A DNA stretch of 64,000 bases. Origin: Marsupella aquatica (lineage: Eukaryota; Plantae; Marchantiophyta). A program made the translations under genes and the position numbers. Positions 22,795-37,000 of this stretch are shown here, in pieces. The stretch is taken from NCBI GenBank assembly GCA_973895155.1, contig OZ316892.1, positions 29,890,932 through 29,954,931 of the forward strand. Reading direction: 5' to 3'. A model generated the notes under the pieces. It had not been told where the DNA came from and searched no databases. It saw only the letters and a list, made by a program, of their open reading frames with translations. Within the stretch, counting starts at the first letter, position 1, and every line of letters starts with the position of its first letter.

Positions 22795-25700
22795 ATGTAT
22801 GTAGGGCTGAGGAAGCATATAGGCGTCCTTCATGCTTGTAAGCCGATTCATTGTTGCCAAACGGCGAATTTATCAACGCAAGCTTCAACAAGTCCAATTC
22901 TGGAAGAGGCTGTTCTTGTAAGTTTTCATGTCCTGTCTCCGTTTTAATCCGTGAGCTTCTTTCCATCATTCAAGATGGAATTTAAAGCTGAATGTCTGTT
23001 AAAGATCATGTAGAACTTTTAGTTAACACAGGTCTAAATGTTAGCAAGAATTCTAGACCATAGACAAGTGATGCGGTTTACCAGTACCAATGTATAGCAT
23101 GGTGCTCTTCCATATCGTGATCAGCTGACCAACATCAGAACCATATCTATATCTGTGGAGTCTGTATGTATGTGAGTGAAGATTTTTGATGACATTTAGC
23201 TAAATGTTGTAAGTTCTCTTCAGAAGCTCGATACAAATTTTCCATAAGAGCTTAAGCAGAAATCTATCCACAGTAGCTGTAAACAGTTAAAAGAAAATGA
23301 AATCTCGGTATGTCTTTGCAACTTATAACACTCGATCCTTAGGATCCGTTCTACTTGATCCTCCCTAGTCCTCTTGTAGGCAAGAGTTCTCAGTAATTTG
23401 ACAAACACACGTTTGTAGGTGCGGGACTTCATACATTCTGCGCTGTACGATGAGAAGGATGGTTATTTTGCCGCTCGATTTGATGCAGTGGGAGCTTTAC
23501 AAGAACCTCTCAAGTTTAGTCGGTTTGAGGGTAATGTCAAAATGACAGGCCTGCAATGGAGTCAATAGTACCTCACTCTCTTCAATCTTGATATTATTGT
23601 AAAGGTTGGCTGAAGAGGAACACCTAAAGACAGAATGACTTTTGTGGGCGAAGAAGTCTGCAAATCAGATTTCAGTGTGCAAGGATGAATTTAAATGGAA
23701 GAATTAGTTTTACAAGTGGTCCGCTATATATCGTTAAGAATGTTTCTCAGAAGCGTTTGTTATTGTCATTTGACCAGGTCGGAGGGCATATACAGAGTAT
23801 CTCTCTAATCTTTACAAGCAAAGTGGCAGCTCGTGGTTTACCCCCGTGGACCTTTTTCAGGCTAGTAATCCCAAAACTGTTTCCGCATGGATGATGAATA
23901 CATAGTGCACAAGCAGTATATTTGTGATTTATGGTTTGTTCTTCTAGATACGTTATATCTGTTTTTAACCAACTCCTGTCAGCATACGGCACAGCAAGCA
24001 GTGCTGCTTGTGTTAATGCGTTGTTGTAGTCTACTTGTGCAGCCACATTATGCAAATGCAATCGCAGAATATATTCTTCGGAACCACGGTTCTGTAGCCC
24101 CCCTCAATGTGAGTAGCAGCTATAATTTGTTTGTAGTTCTAATATTAAAAGTGACAGAATTTGTTTCAATGCACTTTGTGTTCCAAGATCATTGTAGATG
24201 CCGGGGTTGCTAAAGTTGTACTGTCTTAAAGCTCTTTGGCACACAGTGGGTAGACGCGCAATTGACAGTGCTCAGATATTTCTGTTGGAACTTTACAATT
24301 TTACATCCGATGAGATGACCTTCTTGTTTTTTTGTAAAATTACAATTCAAAACCACAAAGAAGAAAAAATCTGCGTAATCTTGTGCTCTGGCAGATGACA
24401 TTAATTCGCAAATTCTTCGATATACTCAGATTTATGAAATTGGCGGAGGTACTGGCACTTGCGCTCGAAATATTCTTGACTACATGAAGATTCATGCCCC
24501 ACAAGCAGTGTATGACACGATGAGCTACACGTGAGTCCTTCTCAAACATCTGGTCCAGCTCGTCAGATCCAGATTCACTTCAGTGCTTCCCATCTTGTCG
24601 TACCAGCCGGTAAACATGTCTGAGGTTAAAATTTGAGTATCTGGGCAGATCAGTGGAAATAAGTGGAGCACTAGCAAAGAAGCAGTATGAGAAAGTACTA
24701 GAAGGGGACAGCAGGCGAAAGCAATTCCGTATTGAATGCCGGAATGCAAGTGATCGAAGTGGATGGGGTAGGTTTTGCTGACCAATCCTGCTAACATCGT
24801 CGGTTAGGTTCGAATTAACGGTGGTTGTCACTTCTTCAAAAGATCTTACTCTGTAGCCCGTCCTTATGGTAAGGTTCATATTTTTTATTTGACGCGAAAG
24901 TCCTAGGAAACGTTTAGTGGTCAGGAATGCGGTTTGAGAAGCTGCAAGTGCATTAAGTCGCATGGATCTTGCACTGTAATTCAAAGTTCCATAGGTGAAG
25001 GTTTTCAAAGTGAAGTGGACGAGGAAGATAGGATTGGCTGATTCTAGTGGTTTTCCTTTAGAAGGGTCTGTAAACAGCTATAATTTAAAGACTGTCAATG
25101 GGTCTGGAAAGGGATTTCGTATCATCCAATGTTTTGGCATAGGACCAGCACTGTAAATTGATACATCAGTTATTCAATACAAAGAGTTCTGTCAACAAGA
25201 TTGGTTCTGATCAGCTCAATGTTTTCCTTTGCAGGTGCTGTTGACAGGGGACTGTGTATAATCATCATGCTTGAGGTATTGTATCGTAATTTTCATGGTT
25301 GGGTGGCGTGAAGAAGATGTGTCATGTACCGTGTTACTCAGTTTATGATCCCATGCAGGACAGTTAGTACTTTCGGCTCTTGGGATCAACATATACATAT
25401 AATAGAAAGTAGATTTGCTAACATATTAACTGGTTGAGTGGGAGAAGCACATCAATTGTGTAACTTGCTCCAGCACGCACGACCTGATCGTAGCATGCTG
25501 TGATCAAGGGCCCGGCCAACTGGAAGGATGTGAAAATATGGATTCAAGTTTAACCTTCAGTTGTCCACAGGTGTTGGACAATCTACCTCATGATCTTGTT
25601 TACCGCCAGGCACCTGAATACCCATGGATGCAAATGCGGGTTTCTGAGACGGATGATAGGTGTGCACCCATCGAAGATCTAGCAAATATTTTTAGTCTTT

Positions 25701-27364
25701 TTGGTAGCTCACAAATGCAATTTACTGCTCGCCATTTGGTGACTGAATTTATATTGTACTGCAACTTTTGTGGGAGCAATCCTTGGAAATATGTTCTGCA
25801 CGTGTTGTCAAGTTGTCCTAATTCAGGCTTTCCGTCCGGGTTGTGGCAGCGGCAAGCGTACAGCACCGTTTGAAGTACCAAGTCCTCTTCAGGACAGTCT
25901 AATTCGGCGGTGCCTTGATGCTATGAAGGATGGCCCAGCTCCTGGTAGCGCTTTATTTAGGTCTACCAAAGGCTCTTTATTTAGGTCTATCAAAGACAGA
26001 CTACTGAAAGCGATGAATGTACCTGAGCTGATTTGGGTTCCAACAGAATGCCTGGTATGGGAAAGACTAGCCCTCTGCCGTTATTGCTTGTTCTGCTCTG
26101 AGCAATAATTGATGATGTCAAGGATGATTCTGATCTCCTCGCCCGTCCTTGACATTTCAAATGTTCAATCCCACATCAATGTTCAAATATTTTACTCATT
26201 ATGGGAACTCTTCAGGCCAGCTATATTTGCGGAGTGGAAATTCGTCACCCTCCTAGGTGTCCCTTGGTTAACCTAAGTACGTGATGGATACTTTTAATGA
26301 AAGACTAACTTTCGTTATGGTTTATGATTTAGCAATTGCTCGAAACTCTACATTCAGCACGACCAAACATGGTGCTGATTGCATCTGACTTCAGTTCCCT
26401 ACCAGATGTAAGAATTGCTGGGGAAGGAGCACCTTTAGTTGCAAGCAAGGTAGGCCTATTTGTTTCTATCGGTCAAACTTTTGCTTTTCGACATTATAGA
26501 GATGATTTGTGAAGATTGATTGGTGTCAAATGAGAACTGAGGATGAGGTTCATCAGTTAAGAATCTGTTCCCTGTGGATTTATCCACATGGGAGTAGATC
26601 TCACATGTTTTAATCGCATGGTAATACGATGATCTTACACTTTGCAGTCATGATTGCCTGACTAAGTTCTGGTGGTGGTCTTCATCTGTGAACACGTATG
26701 TTCAGATTGGGGGCCAGACAAAGGATCACACAACCTACCTAGAGGCTAAGGTATTTGGCCAATCAAAATTTGATTTCTTTCACCAAAACTTCGCCTTAAG
26801 GTAGATTCTTGGATTGGTGAAATATTCTTCATCGGCTGGTTGGACACTGACTCCACATCGCAAGCAGTTTCAATTATTCCTTCATAATTGCTTAGATGAG
26901 TCATCACGAAAGAGGATACCTCATTGTTTTACTTTCTCATCCTTCCTCTACATTGTGCAGGGACACGCGGACATATTCTTTCCAACAGATTTCTCCACCC
27001 TGCGGAAACTGGACCTATCATGTGCAGCAGCTCGTGGAATAAATCACTCACGACACACTTCAATGGTGAGCTCACATTCCCATTGTTTGCCCTGGTGTGT
27101 CCTATCCGCTGTGAGGAATCGTTTGCTCAATTTTCTTATCTAATCAATCTGTCAAACACTCGATTTGACCACCATCTCTACACATTGTCTACTTCCACAT
27201 GTTTGCTGATCATTGATGATGATGTTTTACAGCTGACGACTGCAGAATTTATGGATATTTTTGCCGACACCGAGAAGACTTTAACTAGAGATGGATACAA
27301 TCCACTCCTGGAGGATTTTAAGAATACGAGGTTTTATTTAAGTAGGCCAGTTCGGAAAGGTTAG
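22795..27364 (+). CDS. DUF185/MidA-family SAM-dependent methyltransferase (NDUFAF7-like, At1g04900-type), 13 exons, ~445 aa
   Basis: Exons 22795-22917, 23419-23530, 23778-23860, 24043-24108, 24430-24530, 24649-24767, 25235-25275, 25571-25659, 25850-26054, 26333-26449, 26706-26750, 26961-27065 and 27233-27364 join in frame (1338 nt). Motifs VRDFIHSALY, WFTPVDLF, IYEIGGGTGTCA, LEVLDNLPHD, IASDF, ADIFFPTDF and DGYNPLLEDFKNT. Confidence 0.92.
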
Positions 27365-29082
27365 TTTCTAAAGTAGGATATAGACTTAAGACGGATACCT
27401 GTTTCAGACAACGGTCAAACCGGTCATAGCTATGAAGAATCTGCGTACAATTGAGTTTGCGCCTCAAGAGTACTACGGTAGTTTCCCATGGTTCTCATGG
27501 GGTGCATGTTGTTTAGGGAGTTGCAATGTAACGCTCACAAGAATACGCAATTCTACACGGATGTGCCACAGTCAAATGTTTGTTCTGGTTTCCAAACCGA
27601 GAGATACTACTCAGTTGTTGATAATATGATGACTCTGTATCTGAAAGAGAGGTACGCTCCCGCGAAATTCCGTGTTCGCTCGTGTTAACCTTGTCAGTCG
27701 CGAAAAGCACAGTAGCGAAAGGAACCATTCCAAATCTTCCCACAAAACACCATCCCCAACGTTGCTATCTTTAATAATAGTTGATCGTCATTCAAAAACG
27801 GAACAACTGATGCACTATAATTTGGCCCACAAAACTCTAAAAGTCGGGAGAAGTTCATTCGAGCTGGAGGAATGAAATCCCACTAATAAGATCTGCTTGT
27901 GTCAGCTGTTCGCCGCCGGAACGGAGAGAATTTCGTATGAAGTTAACTGATTCAGAACTTATTTCTGCCCTTTATCGGCACTGAAGAATCTTTTGCAAAA
28001 TCACTGACTTCTTCAATCTTGACGGCAACATGCGTCTCTGCACACTGAGCCCGGGCCGGTAACAGTATGTACGGTTGTAGGAACACTACTGTGACAGTTC
28101 CCACTTGGATTTATAGGCTCCAATCCACGATTGGATTACGTGCAATGGTCTGAACGCATCAACAAGGCAACATCTGAAAACTATGGAAGCTATTACAGGA
28201 TTTTGATTAGGACTCGATGCAAATGACAGCAACTACACTCTGAAATCAGATGACAACCAGATGTCAAAGGATGGTTACATAAGTAGACCTTTCAATCAAT
28301 TCCACCCGTATGTTTGATAAATTTGGAAGACAGCTTGAAAGTCAAAAGCGTTCAAGATTCTGAGCTTCATAGATGGGAACCACTGGCACTGTAACGAAGG
28401 AGAATGAACCGCAAAGAATGAGAGACCCATTCGTTCATGGGTCAATTCGCGGAGAACGACAAAACAAACTTGGCGAAGTTGATTAATGTCAGGAATAAGA
28501 CTTCAAGGTCACGTTGTGATCACTAGGAGACCATCCAGGAATCTAGAAAGAATTTTGATAGGAAACATCAGAAGCGAGAGAACGAAGAGGTTTGATGAGG
28601 AACATACAGAACAGAAACATGTGACACAAGGTAGCCTCTCAAAGGAGCCGGTGATACGAAGCTCATACTCAAAATTTGCAATCTGTGTAGCTGAAATGGA
28701 TTTCCGCCCGGAGTCCAAACATGTTAGTTTCCCAACGGCCTATCAACGCCGATCATTTTAGGTTTCAAAAACCAGAGAAAGAACGACGAGGTGTGCATTA
28801 ACACAAAGGACGAAAGTGCAGGCCAAGTAGGTTGCAAGGGAACCGATGGGAGGCACCAATACCCATTTCAAATAACATCCGTGTCAAAACGTTTACAACA
28901 CTCGGTCGAGAACACCATTTTCGGCCCATGCTGTGCTAATAACATACCAAATATGTAAAAATTACCGTGGGTGACTCCGGAGTCAAGACCTAGATGTGAG
29001 AATACAAGCTCATGAAATTGTAACCGAGTTAATCGACGGAAAAGGTCGATGACAATGGAAGAACACAGTAAAGTTTTCTTTC

Positions 29083-29583
29083 CTACTCTTCTGGAATCTC
29101 TACCTCTCCTTCATCAATCTCCGTTTGGAGGACCTTCGGGTCCTTGCCATCTACAGTGCATCCTACTGAAACACAAGTTCCCAAAATCTCCTTCACTGTT
29201 CCGGCCAACTCCTTGGCCATGGAACGAGGAGCCATTATCTTAGCGATCTCTATGACATCGTCTAGAGAAATGTTACCATTATGTTTGATATTCTTCACTT
29301 TCTTGCGGTCCCTCTCTGGCTCCTTGAGCGCCTTGATCACGAGAGCAGCTGCCGACGGCACCACGGCGACCTTAGCCTGTCTGTTTTGCACGGTGAGCTT
29401 CACCGTGACCCTCAAACCCTTCCAGTCCTTCGCGGTCTCCTTGGCGATGTCCTCTCCGATCTTCTTCGGGGAGAGCCCGAGCGGGCCGATTTTGGGCGCA
29501 AGCGACGACGCCGCTCCCACCTCTCCTCCCGTCACTCGCACATAAACCTCCACCACCTGCGAGGGGTCTAGTTTGGGCGGCAT
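29083..29583 (-). CDS. RPL12: 60S ribosomal protein L12 (uL11), intronless CDS, 166 aa
   Basis: [71 protein letters not shown] is the plant RPL12 sequence. Confidence 0.99.
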   Translation of the reverse strand: MPPKLDPSQVVEVYVRVTGGEVGAASSLAPKIGPLGLSPKKIGEDIAKETAKDWKGLRVTVKLTVQNRQAKVAVVPSAAALVIKALKEPERDRKKVKNIKHNGNISLDDVIEIAKIMAPRSMAKELAGTVKEILGTCVSVGCTVDGKDPKVLQTEIDEGEVEIPEE

Positions 29584-29689
29584 TTTGCTTCACGGGGAGA
29601 ATTGGACTGCACCACCGGCGAGATCGTCGATCGATTTCGATCCAAATCGAAAACCCCTTGATAGAAATCGAAAACCCTCAGAGAGAGAG

Positions 29690-29815
29690 AGCTCGACGAA
29701 AGAGGAAGAGAAGTGGCAGAGGAGCGCGATGTCTACTAGAGAAAGCTCATGACGAAGAGCGACAAAACTACAGTAGGAACGAAAGAACTCGGGGCCCAAC
29801 AAACCCTAACCCTAT
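29690..29815. promoter_or_regulatory. Ribosomal-protein promoter elements: site II (TGGGCC on minus), telo-box and pyrimidine tract
   Basis: ggggcccaac (29791-29800) is directly followed by aaaccctaa (29801-29809). Minus-strand pyrimidine tract cttctcttcctcttttc at ~29697-29713. Confidence 0.6.
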
Positions 29816-30153
29816 GCATCCAGGTCCGTCCGATGCGCAATCTGGATAGTACCGCCTATGCTCAGGTGGACTATAACGTTTGACATTTGACTCTGATGGA
29901 CCACACAAGGCTCATCTGGACCACAAAAGGCTCAGATGGACCACAATGTTTGACCTCTGACTCCGAAAGACTCCCGTTACTGACGCTCTTGTAGGGACTG
30001 CTTTTTCGTCAGTGCTCGTGCATCGGTCTCATCGTTCTCTCTATGGAGAAATCGTTCGTCTAATTTCGCAATCTGTTGTCGTTTCGTTTCAATTCCGTGG
30101 GCCTCTTCGGCGGGGTAAATTCAGGGCTTAACCTCTGCTTCCAGATCAGATTC

Positions 30154-33100
30154 ATGGCTTCGTCTTTGGAAAGTTCTGAGAGAAAACCGTCTGTGAAGAG
30201 CCGTGCTACCAAGACAAGACCATTGCGAAGCTTGGAGGTGGTATTCCTTTACGCGTATGCTGCAGGGTTTGTGCTGGCAGTCGTGTACAAGTCCGTGAAC
30301 CTTTCTGCAGGTTTGTTTCTTAATTCGTCTTCGTTCATTGTTAGCTTTCATCTAGATTATGCAAAGAATCCTTTGCGAAGTTACACCCTTTAACATCCAT
30401 AATTGGAGAAAATCATCTACTCCCAGGTCGGAACAAAAGAAATGATCAAATCTTACGGAAAGGAGACCAACAAGGGCCCTGTGTGGTGCATGAATTATTA
30501 TAGCACCGGAGCCGATGACCTCTTACTTTCCTCCTAGAATATACCCTCTTCAAGGATCCACTATGATTGGTTACGTATAATGAGGTTCAGTAATTTAGAA
30601 TTGATCAAAGCGACCAACTTCCTGCCTTATTCCATCAGACATGGTGGGTTTTAACATCTTAGGTAGCCCGGATGAAATGCAGAATATGGAACTGGAAGCA
30701 AGGCCGGTTGGTTGTGGGGCCTCAAGGAAGGATGGATTCCAAATCAGCGCATTGTAAGGGCTTTTCTGGCTGCATTCAGACTTGATTCTTGGTCACTGTA
30801 ATAAATTTCACCTGGCATCTGCATTCAGCATTTGACCGTGTTTTCATTTGCTAAAAATTCGACCTACAAGCGATATCTTTTGAGTACTTCCCTGCATTTT
30901 TATCTCAATTCCTTTCACCACAAGGAAATCGCAAGGTAACTTCCTGTTTCTGAAAAGGAGTGCTGTTAAATGACAACCTGGCTGAGGAAGCAGAGTTAAT
31001 TCGTTGGGTGGCGTAGACTGAACAGAATTTACAGCACCTTATTCTTGTTCTTCGTTGAAATGCAGGATCTGTCAGATTCTCAATGGCGGAACTTTCGTGG
31101 GAACATAATAATATTGTCGGGTGCGATGGCATTGTTCACTCTGGTGGGTCAGAGTTTACGATCAGTTTTTCAGCTGGGCACTCGAGGAATGTCGTGGTTT
31201 TGGTTCGTTACGTCATTGGCATATATTGCCTATCTACATGGGACAAGGTAACATTGTCAGAAAACCCGAGATCTGTAACGGAATTCGTTTGAAACCTGCA
31301 ACACATAAAAACTTATTATACGCTAGATCCGTGACTGTGACTGCCCTTCATTCATGATCTCCAGCTCCCTTGACTACTGTCTTCGTTTTAATTGACTAAT
31401 ACATTCGACGCATTGAAGGGTTAGTCGCCCTCTGGAAAATTCCAGCGCCAACGCTGTAATATTTTCCAGTTTTACTCCAACAGCGTTGTGGTTTTTATTC
31501 CGCCTTTTGGGGAGATTAATCGTAGTCAGTTCACTAACCAAGCAACCCACTTGTTTTACAGCTCCCTCTTCATTGTAGCGATTGCCCTAGGCAACTTTCT
31601 TCTAGTGAAGGTGGCTCCTTCTCCTTCCTGTCTCTAAGCGATTTTCTCCATTCGTCCTAATAAGGTGGATTGTAAAATCTCTGGAAAGTTTCTTTCAAAA
31701 TCTCTCGTTGTGAGAGTTCCTGTAATATTCCTCCCATCTTGAAACCTAAAGCAATCTGGTACTCGTTTTTTAATAGCGGTGCTTGTTGCTTACTTACTTT
31801 TTGATGTTTTCGGAAATGCAAGGGCAGTTTGTAGGAGGGAGTTCTTTACTTCCAGCAACTCTGTGGACTTATAACATTTTCTTCCTCATAAGCAACCGCA
31901 TCTATGGTGGTTACAAATTCGCTTCATTTGGGTAAGTGTCCGTAGTGTTGCGTGTGCAGCAATATCGATCGTTATGTTAAGATGTCTAAACTCCTCTTCC
32001 TTTGGCCTTTCTTCCATCATCTAAATTAGACGCCGGGTATTGCTTACACTGACCGAGGTTGAATTTTAGACACTTATCACCTTCATCGACTTTGTGAGCA
32101 GAGAGCAATGGGCGTTTTTGGATAATCATAGGGGAATTATGCGGTGGCACGTTAGTTTCAATATGGGTAAGTCATAACTGTTTTTTGTTAGCTCTGAAGT
32201 CCAAACTGCCGCTGAATGATATTCGATAAGATGCTTTTGTAAACCTCTCATTCGCCGCCGTGTTTTTTTGATTAATTTTCAGAGGCTATTCTAACAGGTA
32301 TGGGAGTTTGATTATTTCCGTGATAGAAGTTGATAATTTCCAAACCGCCCTTGATGTATTTGTCAACAGTTATGCTGCGAATGGTGAGCTTTGGCCTGGA
32401 TTTTCATTGGGCTCGTATGTCACGCCGCTCCACAATTGACTGGGAGGTCTGTCCACTCTTCGTCCCTCAGTTATGAACTAAGAGGTGTGATCGCAGTGCC
32501 CTCCTGCCTTCTTGCCAGTCAAAGAGTCTGGTCGGAGTTCTATTAGGAGGTTGTCGAAAAGTGTGTTGGCCGAATCCCTTCCTGCTTGATTCACTGAGAT
32601 ACTTTTAGAGACCACTACTACACTTCTCAAATCTTGGTGCAATTTGGGATACGCGGACGTTAAACTTGAATACGCTAATACATGTCTGCGAACTGGCAAT
32701 GACGTATATGTTATGCTTAACTGGATAGGGTTTTGAGTCCACCTTATTTTAGTGAGTGGATTTCAGAAACTGATAGAGCAGGTCTGGTGTACTTTGTGTG
32801 ATGACATGTTTGTCGTTTAAAACTGTGCGCAGAAACATAGTAAAAGCTGTAAAGTTTGTCAATCGGGAAGCTCGTGTTATCTTGCCCGGCAGGTCTGTAC
32901 TTCTTCTTCTGTAACAAGAGTAGGTTAAGCTAGGTGGAAAGTTGTCTGCAGTGTTGTCTGCAGTTTTTCAAAATCAAAGTCTTCTTCTTGCTTTCGATCT
33001 AAGTCAACTAATGAACGTATTGATTATGTTTGGAAAATGTTGATTGTGGTATGTCGTGATCGAAGGAGTGTTATGCTTGTGCTTGCAGGAGCTTCCCATA

Positions 33101-35931
33101 GAAAGTGATGCTTACAACGTGGTGACGTACTTTTCTTATCTTCTGTTTGCACCGTTGTACGTGGCCGGGCCAATCATCAGTTACAATGCGTTTGCCTCTC
33201 AGGTCTTGCTTAACTTTGATTTAGTTCTTGTGTTAACAAGTATTTGTTAGATCCAGTGTAAATTATAATGATGATTGTAACGTTGGAATCCTTGAGGCGT
33301 TGTCTTTTGAATTAATCTAGTAGAAAAGATGTTAACGTGGAGTAGGCGTATGTCATTGGAAACCTCCGTGTTCTGGGAATTCTTTGGCTAGGATGGATAT
33401 CCTTACTTGATATGTATTGACTTCGCAACTCTGAATGCTTTGATCTCATGGCTCTCTGTCTTGACAACTTTTTGATCTCGTCTTTACACTTGCTTCAGTT
33501 GGATGTCCCTCAAAGGACTCTCACTAAGGGCCAAGTTGCGACGTACGGATTGCGATGGCTTGCCTGCTTAATGCTGATGGAGGTGATGACACAGTATTGT
33601 TATTTCAACTCCCTTGCCATCAGGTATGAGGTTTAACCAGATACTTCATTGGAAGAAAGTCCTGCTTTTTCATAAATCTCATTTTTGTAGCTCTTGTTTC
33701 GTGCTTTCACTTTAAGTTGGGAAATTATGGTACATAACATAAACTTCAGTATGTTGAGAGGAAGAGAGTAGCTTTTATGTTTGATCATCGCAATTTATAT
33801 TTCAATAACCGTGGACGTAATGCAGTGGTGTTTGGCAGATGTTGTCACCTGTGGAGATCGTTGTCGTTGGATATGGGGTGGGTTCCCTTCTGCCTGAGAA
33901 TTGAGCGTTATGACCAGCTCATCTCTTTATCTGTCAAAATTTGTTATTACACTGAGTTGAGGAGTGTGCATCCAAGTGGATCAGTGTGACCTTACTGGAT
34001 TATTCACATTGAAAAGTGTTGGTTGTTACTCATATGTAAATTTGCCCTGCACAGATAATATCATTGCGCTTCATGTACACCGAGATGGGCTGAAGACTTG
34101 CAGAGAACAGAAAAGATTGTCACAGCTAATGACCACCTGTTTTCCTTTATGGCTTTGGCAGGTGTTGAACTTCATGTGGCTTAAGTTTGTGTTAATCTGG
34201 CGTTTTTTCCGGTTCTGGGCTCTGGTAATAACTCTCAAGTCCAGATTGTGTTGAAGTTCGTTTACATGAGACTGTATCAGTCTGTGGGGGGGTCTTTAAA
34301 ATAACTTTGTTGACCTGCCTCGTTTAAATACGTATGGTCTTGCAGGTTGCAGGTGTTGAAGCTCCAGAGAACATGCTCCGCTGTGTCAATAACTGTTATG
34401 ATCTGGAAGGATTCTGGAAAAGCTGGCATTCTTCTTATAACAGGTGGTTGGTGAGGTAAGTCTCAGACCAACCTTCATCCTTCTATGGAGAAACAGTTTA
34501 AAGCTTGAGACTGCCTCGCTAGAGTGACAGGTAATAGAGAGCTTCGTACTTTTACACAAAGAAAGTTCTGATTCTTCGTCTACTGTCGCAGATATCTGTA
34601 TATTCCACTGGGAGGCTCAAAGTGGAGGATTCTGAATGTGTGGTTGATATTTACTTTTGTGGCTCTGTGGCATGATCTGGAATGGTAGGCTTCTTGCCTT
34701 TCTCTGTCCTTTGCAATGCAGCTTAATCAGTGCATGACTGTGCACGTCGACTTCCATTTGTTTACCACTTTCAACTGAAACTCTACTTTTTTTCTTCATT
34801 TTCCAGGAAGCTTCTATCATGGGCCTGGGTGACATGCTTACTTTGGGGCCCAGAGTTGACGCTCAAATATATTATGCAAAGAAAGCAGGTTAGCATGGAT
34901 CGTTTTAGGCATGATGGTAAATGTATTTTGATCCCAGTGTGTTAAATTTCTTGGATCTGCTCTGTGCTACAACTTTCATTAAAATTAGAACATCCGGAAA
35001 TGGATCCCCACAATTACATTCCAGGTAATTTCGAGGCTGCAATTCTGATTTTCCTCGATATAAGTTCCCATGGATATAATGCTTCATCTGCTTATCTCAG
35101 TTTAGCAGTTCTTACCAGAGCATTGACACTGACGAGCACTGCCAGTGCCAAGAGAAACTGATGAAGAAGTTGGAGCTCGGATCTGTGTACTGAATCGTGG
35201 TGTGGCCGCTTCAGATGCAGGGTTTTCGAAATTCGCTTCTGTACGATGACTGTTGTGCAGCTGCCGGAGCCATAAATATGGCTGGCATCCTGGTGGGAGA
35301 TCCGTAACAGGCTACTTGCTTGTCTTTGCTTTTTCGATGTATTCAAAGCGTTTTCAAATGTTTGTCGGTATGCTTTATGATTGTGGTCAGATACATAGGA
35401 AACAAATTATTATCTGGCATGTGTTAAAAACTCTTGTGATGCTTGTTGCTGTCATTTTTGCAGTCTGCAAATCTGGTGGGTTTTGTTGTGGGGCCATCAG
35501 GGATGCACTTGCTTGCCTCTCTATTGATCACCACTCAAAGTAAAACATCCGTGCCAAGCTATCTTCATTCTTGTATTGGTTTGTTGCCAATTGTTGTTAC
35601 TTCAACGTACGAAATTTGGGGCTGAGAATGCTTGTGGACACTTTTAAAGAGACTAACTGTTCATACATATGTGCTGTCTATCCTGTGATGGTGCCAGATA
35701 TTCCCCTCCTACTTGGCATTTTCACAACTTTCTTTGTCGGCTGTAAGGTAAAAATGAAGTCCTTCGCTGTCCTCTACTCCTTTGCAGTTCATACTTTACA
35801 AAATTACTCTAAAAAGTAGTTTTTAAAATGCGGATGAGTAGCAGCTGAACCGAGGGTTTGTGTGATTGCAGATTATGTTCCATGTGCGGGAGGTTGAACT
35901 GCGCTCTTTGGACAAGATCGGTAGTGACTAG
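30154..35931 (+). CDS. Membrane-bound O-acyltransferase (MBOAT), GUP1/HHAT-like (At1g57600-type), 19 exons
   Basis: Spliced exons give [88 protein letters not shown] and FVALWHDL (catalytic His). ATG at 30154, last exon 35872-35931 ends in TAG. Introns are GT-AG. Confidence 0.93.
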
Positions 35932-36595
35932 TCATGTGTCGATTTCGTCATTCTCAAGGCGTTGAATGTTCGTTTGCGTCATACATGTTGGAATCAACAA
36001 TCTGACACCAAAGGTTGTTAGTTTTTTGCGATGACACATCAGATTGATGTTGCAGTAAATGCCGTCAAGTCTCACAGTTCTTCAGAGTTCTTCAAGCCTT
36101 TGTGGGTCAAAACCTTCAGAAAGGCTACGGATTTGTGCACAAGCCCTGCAGGATGTAAGGAATACCACCTCCAAACTTGACAATGGTCCTGTCTAGTTGG
36201 GACAGCTCTTCGTTAGAAGGTTTACTCTCAGAATTTTCGAAAGACAAATCGTGGAGCTCGTCAAGAACCAAAGGTTGAGTGTATTTGCTGAAGGCCCACC
36301 ATATAGTTCAACAAAATAGGAGCAAGGCACTCGGAAAACTGTAAACAATTTTATTTTACGAGAGTATGCTTGAGTAAACTAAGTAAAGTCAGATATGACG
36401 TGATCTGAAAATTGGAACCTGTATCCAAGGTTAGAGTCGCCAGTAATACTATGACCCGATTCTTGGATATGGACAACATGAGCAAGGGTGATGGAGTTTG
36501 CCCTGGAGCCGAGGAGGGAGCAAAGAAGATTAGTTTTGTGCGGCATTGTTTAGTGTTTGGGATAGTGTCTGGCAGGTTCTGCTAGTCCATCCGCA

Positions 36596-37000
36596 TAGCA
36601 ACCCTATGACCAACCTATGACGAATAGGGCATGTCAAAGCAGGGCTGTAACTGACCCTATGACCAATAAGGCCACACATAGCAACCCTATGACCAATAGG
36701 GTGTGTCAAAGCAGGGCTATAAACCAGTTACAGCTTAGTACATAAAAGTGTTTTTATGGTCAGGACAAAATTGTTACCGGGTACCAAAATATGTACCCCA
36801 CAAAGATGGTACACCCTAAACTACACAGCCCTGAGGCAAGCTACCAAAATATGACATAGAAGTGTTTTTATGGTCAGGACAAAATTGCTCCTGGGTACCA
36901 AAATATGTACCCCACAAAGATGGTACACCCAAAAATACACAGCCCTGAGACAAGCTACCAAAATATGTACACCATGAGGATGGTACATTCAAAAATTCAC
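36596..37000. repeat. Repeat field: accctatgaccaa units, then a ~114-bp direct repeat (2 copies plus a partial third)
   Basis: aagtgtttttatggtcaggacaaaattg at 36746 and 36860. taccaaaatatgtac occurs three times. Probably the subterminal region of a non-autonomous DNA element. Confidence 0.75.
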
